Below, piece after piece: positions 9,384 through 18,945 of a stretch of DNA of 51,040 bases. The notes under the pieces were generated by a model. It was not told the DNA's origin, did not search any database, and saw nothing but the letters and a program-made list of their open reading frames with translations. The position numbers were made by a program, and so were the translations under genes. Location: assembly GCA_028281965.1 (NCBI GenBank), contig JANQIY010000398.1, positions 1 to 51,040 of the forward strand. The letters run 5' to 3'. Each line of letters begins with the position of its first letter. Positions within the stretch are counted from its first letter, which is position 1. Source of the DNA: Candidatus Gastranaerophilales bacterium (GTDB lineage: Bacteria > Cyanobacteriota > Vampirovibrionia > Gastranaerophilales > UBA9971).

Positions 9384-11294
9384 TTATTCTGTCACTACTT
9401 TTAAGCCCGAGCGTTTTTGACGGATAAATTCCCTTACTTTTTGCTGGTGCCGAGCCGATGAAACATCATCTTTGTTGTTCTCATAATAATCATTTCTTAA
9501 TTTTTTATGGATTTCTGTCATCTCATATGTCTTTAAGTAATTAATATGGTCTTTTATATATTGATCTATTAACTCAAAACTCAGATATTTTTTATCCTCA
9601 AGAGAATATATCAGGTCTGTTAATTTCGCTTTTGCGTCCTCATTCTCTGACAGCTCTGTAAGAAGTTCCCTGAAAAGTTCATCAGGATCGCTGATTTCTT
9701 CAATGAGTCTATCTATACTGCCTTTTATCAACTTTAATTCAGGATCTGGGAAATTAACATCCTTTAAATAATCATTAATACACAAAGGTGTGATTTTTTC
9801 ATTATTTAAAAAGTATAAACCCAGCAGGTTTTTTTGGACTAAAATACACCTGGAATCTTTGTTTTGAGCTTGTAATACATATCCTTTTTTTTCTTCTGTT
9901 AGCGTAACTTTTTGTAAATTTTTTCTGACTTCAATATTCAGTGATTCCTCATCTACACCCAATTTTTCAGCTACTAACCTTACATATTCGTTTCGGATTA
10001 TTGAATTGTTAATTTCTGATAATAACGGAATAATCTCCCTGCTTAAACCAGCTTTTTCCTGCGGGGAAACCGCATTATCCTTCATGCCGATTAGCCTGTT
10101 AATCTGATAATCAATCAGAAGCGGCGCTTTTTCCACTAAATTTTTGTATGCGTCAACTCCCTCCCCTCTTAAGAATTCATCAGGGTCTTTACCGGTATTG
10201 GTTGCTATAACCCTTATTTCACAAGCTGTTCTGTCCTTATTAATTGAAAAATCAGTAAAGCTTTCATCAAAATGTCTTACCTCCCCTAAACTTGAGAAAA
10301 CAGACTTTATAACTTCAGCTCCCCGGTTTGTAGCGGTAATTCCCGCATCATCAGCGTCAAACGCAAGATATATTTTTCTGGAGTCTGAATATTTTGAGAT
10401 AATCCTCACATGCTGTTCGGTTAAAGCAGTTCCCAGAGTGGCTACAACATTGGTTAACCCATGGGCATGAGCTGTTATAACGTCAAAATACCCTTCCATC
10501 AATATCACGCTGTCCTGTTCTTTTATTGCATCTTTTGCCTGGTGTACGGCAAAAAGGCTTCGGCTTTTATTAAAAACCGGTGTATCAGGAGAATTTAAAT
10601 ACTTAGGTTGTTGAGAATCCAGTACTGCTCTTGCTCCAAAGGCTATAAACTCGCCTTTTTCATTTTGAATTGGTATCATAATCCTGTTTCTAAACCTGTC
10701 GATATAGCCGCTGCCGCTGGATTTTTCTGAAACCAGCCCGGCGTTAAGCAAAACTTCATTTTTTTCTTTTAAATGTTTTATCAGGCTGTCAAAACTGTTT
10801 GGCGCAAACCCGAGATGAAATTTTTCGATAATTTCTTTGCTTATGCCTCTTTTAGACAGGTATTCCCTTGCCTGGGAAGCCTCCTGGCTTTCCAGAAGTG
10901 TTTTTTCATAGTAATCAACGGCTTTTTTGTTTAGATCAGTTATTTGCTTTTTAATTTCGGTTTTTTCCCGGGAAACCCCGGCCTGCGGCAGTTCTATACC
11001 GAACTTTTGGGCAAGCATGACTATTGTTTCCCAGAAAGAAGCATTGTTTACTTTCATCATGAAAGAAAGGGAATCCCCGCCGGCGCCGCAGCCAAAGCAC
11101 TTAAAAATGCCTTTTTCAGGATTGACGGAAAAAGACGGGGTTTTTTCCTTATGGAACGGACAAAGTCCCCAGTAGTTCCTCCCGGACTTTTTCAATACAA
11201 CATGCTCTGATACCGTATCTATAATATCAAGACGGCTTTTTATTTCTTCTACCGCATTATCGGAGTTTATTTTTTCCCGGGAGTTTTTTTCCAT
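9384..11294 (-). CDS. dnaG: DNA primase
   Basis: Zinc-binding CPFHKEKTPSFSVNPEKGIFKCFGCGAGGD. TOPRIM ILMEGYFDVI ... YLAFDADDAG. Confidence 0.95.
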   Translation of the reverse strand: MEKNSREKINSDNAVEEIKSRLDIIDTVSEHVVLKKSGRNYWGLCPFHKEKTPSFSVNPEKGIFKCFGCGAGGDSLSFMMKVNNASFWETIVMLAQKFGIELPQAGVSREKTEIKKQITDLNKKAVDYYEKTLLESQEASQAREYLSKRGISKEIIEKFHLGFAPNSFDSLIKHLKEKNEVLLNAGLVSEKSSGSGYIDRFRNRIMIPIQNEKGEFIAFGARAVLDSQQPKYLNSPDTPVFNKSRSLFAVHQAKDAIKEQDSVILMEGYFDVITAHAHGLTNVVATLGTALTEQHVRIISKYSDSRKIYLAFDADDAGITATNRGAEVIKSVFSSLGEVRHFDESFTDFSINKDRTACEIRVIATNTGKDPDEFLRGEGVDAYKNLVEKAPLLIDYQINRLIGMKDNAVSPQEKAGLSREIIPLLSEINNSIIRNEYVRLVAEKLGVDEESLNIEVRKNLQKVTLTEEKKGYVLQAQNKDSRCILVQKNLLGLYFLNNEKITPLCINDYLKDVNFPDPELKLIKGSIDRLIEEISDPDELFRELLTELSENEDAKAKLTDLIYSLEDKKYLSFELIDQYIKDHINYLKTYEMTEIHKKLRNDYYENNKDDVSSARHQQKVREFIRQKRSGLKVVTE

Positions 11295-11537
11295 ACCCTT
11301 TTATTTTCATATCCCCTTATTTTAAAGTTCACAATTATATTAAGTACGCTAAAAAAAAATTAACGCCTTTTGTACACTTAATATTTGTAAATTTTTATCA
11401 AAATCTGAAAATCTCCTGTTTTTTTAGGTAATTATCATAGTTAATAAATCTTTATATTTGGTATTTTTATGATCTTTTTGTTAAAAATTCCGACTTTTAA
11501 TTAAAAAACCGATTCAGACCGGGATAAGATTTTAAGT

Positions 11538-12047
11538 TTAGTTTGTAAGTATAGTTTGCATAATATAATTAAAATACTTGGGAGCAACGTTCAAAATGGT
11601 TATCATTACAAATGCAGCTAACATTCCAATTATCATGGTTTTTTGACTTCCCGTATATGATAGCTTCATTAAATTGAATTTTCCTTTTGTTTTTCTATAT
11701 TCTTCAAATTCTTTCTTTTCTAGTAAATGCGGTTGTAGGGGCAAAACTTCTTCCAATTTATCAATTACTTTTTTTAATTTTATGGAGATTATAACATCAT
11801 AAACATTTACGTTATTTAGCCACAGAAGACAGGTAATAATCCCTATTAAAGCCAAGAGAATGTCAAGCGTTAACCCGTATGAGCTGGTAGTGTGTTCAGT
11901 GGAAAAAAATATAAGCGTAAATAAAGCCGTGCAAAAAACAAGAAAAAACTTATTGGTTGAAAAGGTCCTGTCTATAAATTTTTCCTTTTCTTCAATGTAT
12001 ATCCTATATTGTTCAATCATATCCCTGACATTATCTTTTACTTCCAC
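11538..12047 (-). CDS. Small integral membrane protein of unknown function, about 3 TM helices
   Basis: An N-terminal amphipathic segment QYRIYIEEKEKFIDRTFSTNKFF runs directly into TM1. Two further hydrophobic helices follow. I could identify no enzymatic motif. Confidence 0.6.
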   Translation of the reverse strand: MEVKDNVRDMIEQYRIYIEEKEKFIDRTFSTNKFFLVFCTALFTLIFFSTEHTTSSYGLTLDILLALIGIITCLLWLNNVNVYDVIISIKLKKVIDKLEEVLPLQPHLLEKKEFEEYRKTKGKFNLMKLSYTGSQKTMIIGMLAAFVMITILNVAPKYFNYIMQTILTN

Positions 12048-12141
12048 GTATATATCCTTTCATAAAGTCTTTATGTTTTGAAAATACATATTTTTAAAGG
12101 TAACATATTTATCTTTAAAGGAAAAATTTTAATAAAAAAGT

Positions 12142-13149
12142 TTACAATTTGTTCCAGAAACTCGGCACAAACCTGTCCATATAATCAGAGATTGCGAACC
12201 TGTCCGTCATGCCGGCTATATAGTCCACGACAGCCCTTTCTTTTGTTGCTCCCGCTTTTTTAATATCTTCATCCTTAATTTTGTCAATATTATTTAAGTA
12301 AAATCCGAAAAGTACCTGGATAATATCTTTTGCCTTATCTTTTTCTGCTTCTACAGAGGGATTTTCATATACATTTTCAAACATCCAGCTTCTTAAAACG
12401 CTGTTCATTGCCTTATCGCAATCATTGGACATTTTTATACTATCTTCACTATAAATAATTATGTCTTTTACTATGAAAGTAATCCTGCTGCTTTTGCTAT
12501 TGCCTAAGATTTCAATGGCTTCGTCGGGAAGATCACTTTCAGATATAATTCCTGCTCTTATAGAATCGTCAATATCGTGATTTAAGTAGGCAATTCTATC
12601 GGCGATTTTCACGATTTGCCCTTCCAGGGTAAAAGGAGTAGTTTTTCCTGTATGATTTAGTATTCCGTCCCTTGTTTCCTCGGTAAGGTTAAGGTTTTCA
12701 AGTACATCTACAACTCTCAGGCTTTGTTTATTATGCTCAAATCCCTCATGAAAAAGATTATTCAGGACTTTTTCGCCGGAATGCCCGAACGGAGTGTGAC
12801 CAAGGTCATGTCCCAGCGCTATTGCCTCGGTTAAGTCTTCATTAAGCCTGAGCCCGCGAGCGATCGTCCTTGCAATCTGGGAAACTTCAAGGGTGTGGGT
12901 CATTCTCGTACGGTAATGATCTCCCAGGGTCGATAAAAAAACCTGCGTTTTATGCTTTAAACGCCTGAAAGCCTTGCTGTGAAGAATCCTATCCCTATCC
13001 CTTTGAAATTCATTTCTTATAGGACAGGAGGTTTCTTGTTTTTTTCTGCCGCGGCTTTTCGAGCTTTTTGCAGCGTATTTACTCAGCCGGTTTTCTTCAA
13101 ATTCCAGATAAGACTGTTTTAAACCGGAAAAATCTTCCTGCAATTTCAT
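12142..13149 (-). CDS. dgt: dGTPase-like HD-domain triphosphohydrolase, short form
   Basis: HD motif RMTHTLEVSQI ... ALGHDLGHTPFGHSGE ... NHDIDD. Start set at ATG 13149 (MKLQEDF), which has AGGAGGG 6 nt upstream. The ORF-track start at 13203 has no RBS. Confidence 0.85.
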   Translation of the reverse strand: MKLQEDFSGLKQSYLEFEENRLSKYAAKSSKSRGRKKQETSCPIRNEFQRDRDRILHSKAFRRLKHKTQVFLSTLGDHYRTRMTHTLEVSQIARTIARGLRLNEDLTEAIALGHDLGHTPFGHSGEKVLNNLFHEGFEHNKQSLRVVDVLENLNLTEETRDGILNHTGKTTPFTLEGQIVKIADRIAYLNHDIDDSIRAGIISESDLPDEAIEILGNSKSSRITFIVKDIIIYSEDSIKMSNDCDKAMNSVLRSWMFENVYENPSVEAEKDKAKDIIQVLFGFYLNNIDKIKDEDIKKAGATKERAVVDYIAGMTDRFAISDYMDRFVPSFWNKL

Positions 13150-13198
13150 CTTATCCCTCCTGCTTATTATTAAAATAACTCGAGTCGCTAATTGCATA

Positions 13199-13248
13199 GT
13201 CATATACTTGCTTTTGGCTAATTGACGACTGAAATTAAATAGATATTT
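13199..13248. repeat. Copy B of the conserved intergenic element (see 5070-5120)
   Basis: gtcatatacttgcttttggctaattgacgactgaaattaaatagatattt. A partial extra copy, cgctaattg, lies at about 13186-13194. Confidence 0.6.
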
Positions 13249-13374
13249 TTAAGGTTATCATAAACTGAAAAATTCCGGATAAAGTTATTTTTTTTCCAAT
13301 ATGCTAAAATAAGCTACGGATAAGCAGTAAGAACTGCTGAAAAAATACCATAAAAACCTAAATGGAGGGTGAGT

Positions 13375-13794
13375 ATGAATAGCTGGGATGATCAGTTAAA
13401 CCTGGGTATTGAAGAGCTTGATAATCAGCATAAAAATCTTTTTTTGCAGATTACTAAATTTGCCAGGGCTTACCAGGCAGGTTCAGGAAAACAGGCGGCG
13501 CCGGAAATTCTTGAATTCCTTGAAAAATACGTTGAAGAGCACTTTGCGGCTGAAGAGCATTATATGCTAAAGTATGGTTTTCCCGATTATCAAAACCATG
13601 CCGCTTTACATAGGGAATTTTACGCAAAAATAATTGCTTATAAGCAGGAATATTACAGCCAAAGAGGCTTAAGCAGCTATGCGGTAAGCAAGATGCTTGA
13701 AATGACTCTTAAATGGCTGCTTGAACATATTAAACAGGTTGATAAGCAATATGGCGTCTTTATCAAAAATAAGATGGAAAAAAGCTTACAGTAA
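13375..13794 (+). CDS. Bacteriohemerythrin-like protein
   Basis: W.DQLNLGIEELDNQHKNLF, HFAAEEHYM and WLLEHI supply the His/Glu iron ligands. ATG at 13375 is preferred over GTG at 13369 because GGAGG sits 6 nt upstream. Confidence 0.85.
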   Translation: MNSWDDQLNLGIEELDNQHKNLFLQITKFARAYQAGSGKQAAPEILEFLEKYVEEHFAAEEHYMLKYGFPDYQNHAALHREFYAKIIAYKQEYYSQRGLSSYAVSKMLEMTLKWLLEHIKQVDKQYGVFIKNKMEKSLQ

Positions 13795-13907
13795 ACAATT
13801 TTAGCTACTCTCCGGCTCAATAAGTCCTCTGCGTAAAAATTCCTCAAAAAATAAAACCACTACTAAAAATATTTTTTATTTTATAATGTAGGCAAAACTT
13901 AAAATCA

Positions 13908-13989
13908 GGGCGAGTGGCGAAATGGTAGACGCGCTAGTCTTAGGAACTAGTAGGAAACCCCTGTGTGAGTTCGAATCTCACCTCGCCCA
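13908..13989 (+). tRNA. tRNA-Leu, anticodon UAG, long variable arm, no encoded CCA
   Basis: Acceptor GGGCGAG/CTCGCCC plus discriminator A. Anticodon stem CTAGT/ACTAG with loop CTTAGGA. T arm GTGAG-TTCGAAT-CTCAC. Confidence 0.9.
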
Positions 13990-14020
13990 TTTTACAAAAA
14001 CCAATAATGTTTAAAACGAA

Positions 14021-15037
14021 ATGCTCAATATAATTACTGAAAAACTACCGAAATACGCAAAAAAGCTGGATCAAATTATTAAACCGATAGAAAAAGAACT
14101 TTTTCTGCTGGAAGACAATTTGACCGAAAATTTAAAGAGCGAAAGTCCTGACCTGGACAAAATGATCAGGTATTTTTTCCGCTCCGGTGGCAAAAGATTA
14201 AGACCGGTTATAGTTATGTTGTTTTCAAAAGCTATTAACCGGGGTTATCTTCCGACTAATAACTTCGAACTTGCGCTGGCAGTGGAAATGATCCATACGG
14301 CATCCTTGATCCACGACGATGTTATAGACAATTCCGAAACCAGGCGGGGAACCCTGACCCTTAACAAGAAATGGGGGGCGAAAACAGCTATCATTACAGG
14401 AGATTACGTGCTTTCCATGGCGTTAAACAAGCTCACCTCCATAAACCTTTTGGCCGTGGAAATGTTCTCAAAGACTTTAAACGAGCTTTGCGTAGGGGAA
14501 ATCCTCCAGAAAAACCAGGACTATAAGATAATTAGCATGGAAGATTACATAAACAAGTCTGAAAGAAAAACAGCGAGACTTTTTATGGCGGGAACCGAAT
14601 GCGCCGCGGCGATTACTCCAAACAGCAATAACCTTATGATAAATTCAGCCCGGTGTTATTCCCTGGATTTCGGGATAGCTTTTCAGGTAATTGATGATAT
14701 CCTGAACTTTAGCGGGACTTTTAGCCAGATAGGTAAACCCGCCGAAAATGACCTGAAAAATGGTATTATTACCGCACCGGTTATATTTGCGGTTCAGGAA
14801 TACGAGGAAAAAGGGGATTTTACCTTGAGAAAGCTCATAGAAACCCGGTTTAAAAAGGAAAAAGATCATAAAAAAGCTTTAAAACTGGTTTTAGGATCAA
14901 ACGGCATAAACAAAGCCCGGCTTATGGCTAAAAATTATATTCAGAAAGCCGTAAATAGCCTTGATGTAATTGAGGATAATTGCTATAAACAGGCTTTAAT
15001 CGATTTATCCTGGTATACAGTCGAGAGAACATCTTAA
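14021..15037 (+). CDS. Long-chain trans-polyprenyl diphosphate synthase
   Basis: First DDxxD motif in LIHDDVIDNSETRRG. Second in FQVIDDILNF. Confidence 0.9.
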   Translation: MLNIITEKLPKYAKKLDQIIKPIEKELFLLEDNLTENLKSESPDLDKMIRYFFRSGGKRLRPVIVMLFSKAINRGYLPTNNFELALAVEMIHTASLIHDDVIDNSETRRGTLTLNKKWGAKTAIITGDYVLSMALNKLTSINLLAVEMFSKTLNELCVGEILQKNQDYKIISMEDYINKSERKTARLFMAGTECAAAITPNSNNLMINSARCYSLDFGIAFQVIDDILNFSGTFSQIGKPAENDLKNGIITAPVIFAVQEYEEKGDFTLRKLIETRFKKEKDHKKALKLVLGSNGINKARLMAKNYIQKAVNSLDVIEDNCYKQALIDLSWYTVERTS

Positions 15038-15061
15038 CTTGTTTTTTAGGGGTATAAAACA

Positions 15062-15721
15062 ATGATGGAAAAAATAAAAAAACTGCTAAAAATGCCTGTA
15101 AACAAAGATAAAATAAAGGTATTCATAAAAGAAACCGTTGAAACTTTACTGATAGTGTTTGTTTTGGTAGTGACAATACGCTCACTGATAGGAGAACCCC
15201 GATGGATACCCTCCAGTTCCATGGAATCAACACTGCAAATAGGCGATAATCTTATAATCGAGAAAATTTCATATCGTTTTTCAGAACCCAAACGAGGTGA
15301 TATAATAGTCTTTTACCCGCCGCACCATGTGCTTGACCCGACTTTATGGGGAAAATTCAGCAGGATGATCGGCTTTTTCAGTACGGATGATGCTTATATA
15401 AAGAGAATTATAGGCCTTCCCGGAGATACAATTGAGGTTATACCCAAGGAAGGCGTATATATCAATGGAGAACTCCTGGAAGAACCTTATAAAAAATCGG
15501 TTTTCTTCGGGGAATGCGACTCAACTATGCTCTGTGGGCCTTATACTGTTCCTGAGGGTAAATACTATATGATGGGAGATAACAGGAATGACAGCACTGA
15601 CAGCAGGTATTGGGGTTCTTTGCCCAGGGAACGCGTTGTGGGAAAAGCCTTCTTCAGGTTCTGGCCTTTTAACAGGATTGGTATAATTAAAGGCGTTGAA
15701 TACGGACTTGAAAACAATTAA
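15062..15721 (+). CDS. lepB: Signal peptidase I
   Basis: Catalytic Ser box PSSSMESTL, Lys box YIKRIIGLPGD, and GDNRNDSTDSRYWG. N-terminal TM helix. Confidence 0.9.
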   Translation: MMEKIKKLLKMPVNKDKIKVFIKETVETLLIVFVLVVTIRSLIGEPRWIPSSSMESTLQIGDNLIIEKISYRFSEPKRGDIIVFYPPHHVLDPTLWGKFSRMIGFFSTDDAYIKRIIGLPGDTIEVIPKEGVYINGELLEEPYKKSVFFGECDSTMLCGPYTVPEGKYYMMGDNRNDSTDSRYWGSLPRERVVGKAFFRFWPFNRIGIIKGVEYGLENN

Positions 15722-15803
15722 TTTGCGATTTGGGAATTGATAAGGAAAATTTAACGTAATATAATTAATAATCTATTTAAAAAAATATAAAAAGAGGAAG
15801 ACA

Positions 15804-16049
15804 ATGGATCAAATAATAAAAATTGCACTGGATTTAAATGAAAAAACCGAAAACAAATACCAACTGGTATATGAAATTTCTGACCTCGCCAAAAAGCTTA
15901 TTGACGAGCAGGCTCAAAGACCGCAGCAAGATGAGTTCGGTTATGAAGACGAAGTAGTCTACAATTCTTCCTTTAAAAGGGAAAAGCCGGTTCAGCATGC
16001 GATTATGGTAAAGTCCAGCGAGTCTGACGACGGCGGTCTTGTTGGATAA
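15804..16049 (+). CDS. Small acidic protein, possibly RNA polymerase omega subunit
   Basis: ENKYQLVYEISDLAKKLIDEQ resembles the omega N-terminal helix pattern (N/S-R/K-Y/F-x-L-V). Good AGGAAG RBS. Assignment is from memory only. Confidence 0.35.
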   Translation: MDQIIKIALDLNEKTENKYQLVYEISDLAKKLIDEQAQRPQQDEFGYEDEVVYNSSFKREKPVQHAIMVKSSESDDGGLVG

Positions 16050-16062
16050 ATAATAAAATTCA

Positions 16063-16968
16063 ATGGCAAATTCCTGTAGTTTAAAATTTGACCTCTCTAA
16101 AAAGGAAGCCTTAAAAAACTGCCTTGAGGCCCAGGGGTTTAGTTTTAAACAGGCCGAGCATACACTCTGGAGAGCGCAGAATAAAGAGATTACGGTAACT
16201 TTATATAAAAGCGGTAAAGTACTCGTTCAGGGGAAAAACGCTGATGAATTTATCGCAAGATTTATAAATCCTTCTTTTCAGCCGCAAGACAAGCCGAAAA
16301 GTAATGTTTCTCAAAATTCTCCTTATTCCAGCTGGATAGGGACAGATGAATCCGGTAAGGGAGATTACTTTGGGCCCCTGGTAATTGCAGGAGTCCTGGC
16401 AGAAAGTAAAAACCTTGAAAAGTTATCAAAACTGGGCATTCAGGATAGTAAAAAACTAAGTGACCCGTTAATCAGGAAAATAGCGCCGGAAATAAAAAAT
16501 AACGCCGTATTTTCAATAGTTACCATAAACCCGGCAAAATATAATGAACTTTACAAAAAAATCGGAAATTTAAATAACCTTCTCGCCTGGGGGCATGCAA
16601 GATCAATTGAAAATATTCTTAAAAAAAAGCCCTGTAACAATGCTTTATCGGATAAATTCGGCAATGAAAGCCTTATAAAAAACGCTCTTTTAAAAAACGG
16701 GAAAAACATAAACCTCGAGCAAAGGACGAAAGCAGAGGATGACATTGCTGTTGCTGCCGCTTCGATTATCGCCAGGGATGAGTTTGTCAGAAGAATGCAA
16801 AAAATGTCCGATGAATATGGCATAAAATTTTCTAAAGGCGCATCAGAAGAAGTTATCAAACAGGCAAAGCTGTTTGTGAGCAAATACGGGGCTGAAAAAC
16901 TTTCCAGCGTGGCAAAAATGCATTTCAAAACCACAGAAAAAGTAATTAAAATTACATTTCCCGAATAA
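16063..16968 (+). CDS. rnhC: Ribonuclease HIII
   Basis: N-terminal TBP-like domain, then the catalytic motifs GTDESGKGDYFGPLVIAGV and DSKKLSD. Length of 301 aa is typical. Confidence 0.85.
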   Translation: MANSCSLKFDLSKKEALKNCLEAQGFSFKQAEHTLWRAQNKEITVTLYKSGKVLVQGKNADEFIARFINPSFQPQDKPKSNVSQNSPYSSWIGTDESGKGDYFGPLVIAGVLAESKNLEKLSKLGIQDSKKLSDPLIRKIAPEIKNNAVFSIVTINPAKYNELYKKIGNLNNLLAWGHARSIENILKKKPCNNALSDKFGNESLIKNALLKNGKNINLEQRTKAEDDIAVAAASIIARDEFVRRMQKMSDEYGIKFSKGASEEVIKQAKLFVSKYGAEKLSSVAKMHFKTTEKVIKITFPE

Positions 16969-17149
16969 TAGCGCTCATTTTTTTAAATTTTTCCTTGATA
17001 ATTTCTACTAAATAAATGTTTTTTATGCTCTGAAGATTTTCAAGTTCATCATATTTCAGCGCACATTCCAGAACATCGATTAATGAGCCCGTTTCTAGCT
17101 CAAGTTCCCGTAACTCATGGATTTTTTGGCATTCTTCACAAGGTTTCAT
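16952..17149 (-). CDS. Hypothetical 65-aa protein
   Basis: ORF only. Its 3' end overlaps the rnhC end by 17 nt in convergent orientation. No recognisable motif. Confidence 0.3.
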   Translation of the reverse strand: MKPCEECQKIHELRELELETGSLIDVLECALKYDELENLQSIKNIYLVEIIKEKFKKMSAIIREM

Positions 17150-17285
17150 TTTTTTATTCCTTTTGTTAAGTTATTTTTATTTATCTGCCTTATTACTTAG
17201 CTAGCTACCTTTTATGGTAGATAGTTTAAACAATTTAGCTTTATCTGTCAATATAGTTATGTAAAAATCTACTAAACAGGTAAAA

Positions 17286-17498
17286 ATGGACATAAAGGAA
17301 GAAATTAAGATTCTTTTGTTAAAAGAAAAATATACAATTACAGAAATTGCAGCAGAAATGGCCAAAATAACCGGTAAGCACTATACTCAGGCAAGCTTGT
17401 CCCATAAACTTAAAAGAGATACTCTGCGAGTTAGCGAATATAAGTTAATACTGGATATTTTAGGGTATGAGCTCAGAGTTGCCAGAAAAGTTAGATAA
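17286..17498 (+). CDS. Small helix-turn-helix DNA-binding protein, 70 aa
   Basis: YTITEIAAEMAKITGKHYTQASLSHKLKRDTLRVSEYKLILDILGYEL resembles short phage/XRE-like HTH regulators. Confidence 0.4.
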   Translation: MDIKEEIKILLLKEKYTITEIAAEMAKITGKHYTQASLSHKLKRDTLRVSEYKLILDILGYELRVARKVR

Positions 17499-17526
17499 GT
17501 CAATAAAATTGAACTTTTCGCAAGTT

Positions 17527-18945
17527 TTAATTTTTTACCTCATTAACACCTGTGCCGGTTACGTTTTCTATCTTTGCCAGCGCCACATTATAGTCGTAGA
17601 GAGCTTCATAATAAGCAAGCTTAGCGCTCCTGTAAGTCAGCTCTGCGTCCTTAAGCTCGATAGGATCCCCAACCCCGACTTCATACCTGCCTTTTGCAAG
17701 ATTATAATTTTCCTCTGCCTGGGTTAAAGCTACTTCTGAAGCGGGAACGCTGTTTTTGGCTTCAACAAAATCTGTATACGCCTGCTTTACTTGAAAATAA
17801 AGATCATTTTTCAGGGATTCAGCGTCAGAAGTCTCTTTTTCATAGGCAGCTTTTGCCTCATTGATTTTTTTATGGGTCAGGTAAGGGTTCAGGATGGGTA
17901 AATCAAGGTTAACTCCGGCTCTCCAGCCTTCATCTATGTTAGAATCCAGGTCAGTATCAAAAGCAGTCAGGTTAAAACCGGCTCCTCCTTTTATAGTTGG
18001 GAAATAATCCTTTTTAGCCAGCTTAACCTCTTTCTCGGACGCCTCTACTTTCAGTACGGCTGACTTGAAATCCGGCCTGTTATCATATGCGGTTTGAATC
18101 ATCTCTTTAAATTCAAAAACTTCCTCTAAATAGCGTAATTTATCTTTTAAACGGTATACAGGTGATTCCGGCAAGCCCATTGTATTGTTTAAACTTGCAA
18201 AAGCCACCTCAACCCGGTTTTTTGCTCTTATAAGATCCAGCTTTGCATTGCTAAGGTTAACTTCTGCTGTGAGTACGTCGATTTTTGGCTTTGAGCCGAC
18301 CTCATAAAACGCTTTTGCCTGCGCCAGAAGCTGTTCATACTGCTCTACGGATTCCTTTATAACGTCCTGTGTATGAAACGCCAGAAGCAGGGCAAAATAT
18401 GCCTGTTTAACATTAAACGCAATATTGTTTATGGTTGCCCTGAGCTCAGCTTTTTCAGCGCTCAGGTGGGTTTTTTGAATGTCGATTGCAGTGCCGGTCT
18501 TGCCAAAGTCAAATATCAGCTGCGAAATCCCGATATTAAATATTTCAAAGGAGTTTACATCCAGGTCAAATATGCTCATAAATGCTGACTGGTTATCAAG
18601 AGAATAGCCATTTGATATGTCGAATTTCGGGAAATATTCTGCTCTTGCCTTGCCAACCCGGTTTTTAAACACTTCGGTATTGCTTATAGCCGCTCTTATT
18701 GTAGGATTATTGGCAATGGCTATTTTCAAACACTTATCAAGCGCTAAATATTGGTTTTCTTCTATTCCGCTTTTAATAACCTTGCTGATTTCATCAATAT
18801 CCTCTTCCTCGTTTTCTTTTGCGCTTTCACCGGCTTCAATTTTAGCTTCATTTTTATTCTCAACTTCAGCCTCTTTTGCCTGCAAAGGTAGGCCCTGTAT
18901 CATAAACGCTGTAATTAACGTCAATATCAGTAATTTATTTTTCAT
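17527..18945 (-). CDS. TolC-family outer membrane efflux protein
   Basis: Signal peptide MKNKLLILTLITAFMIQGLPLQA. Two tandem OEP-type coiled repeats. Start overlaps the end of the RND pump gene by 11 nt. Confidence 0.85.
   Translation of the reverse strand: MKNKLLILTLITAFMIQGLPLQAKEAEVENKNEAKIEAGESAKENEEEDIDEISKVIKSGIEENQYLALDKCLKIAIANNPTIRAAISNTEVFKNRVGKARAEYFPKFDISNGYSLDNQSAFMSIFDLDVNSFEIFNIGISQLIFDFGKTGTAIDIQKTHLSAEKAELRATINNIAFNVKQAYFALLLAFHTQDVIKESVEQYEQLLAQAKAFYEVGSKPKIDVLTAEVNLSNAKLDLIRAKNRVEVAFASLNNTMGLPESPVYRLKDKLRYLEEVFEFKEMIQTAYDNRPDFKSAVLKVEASEKEVKLAKKDYFPTIKGGAGFNLTAFDTDLDSNIDEGWRAGVNLDLPILNPYLTHKKINEAKAAYEKETSDAESLKNDLYFQVKQAYTDFVEAKNSVPASEVALTQAEENYNLAKGRYEVGVGDPIELKDAELTYRSAKLAYYEALYDYNVALAKIENVTGTGVNEVKN

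Noticed and set aside
12142-13149. dGTPase as an anti-phage dNTP-depletion defence gene
   Set aside because: It is the short housekeeping-type HD protein in the conserved dgt-dnaG-rpoD context, with no defence-island neighbours.
13150-13203. The 18-codon N-terminal extension of dgt (MTMQLATRV...)
   Set aside because: There is no RBS. The ATG at 13149 has AGGAGGG upstream. The extension lies inside the conserved intergenic element.
15046-15291. Minus-strand 81-aa ORF overlapping the lepB start, and 14645-14869 inside the polyprenyl synthase gene
   Set aside because: They are antisense to genes with clear catalytic motifs, and have no RBS or recognisable features.
17527-18945. TolC-family gene as the outer-membrane component of a T1SS for the RTX giant
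   Set aside because: It overlaps and is co-oriented with the RND pump and MFP under a TetR regulator, which is a standard tripartite efflux operon 20 kb away from the RTX gene. A moonlighting role cannot be excluded, but nothing in the sequence supports it.
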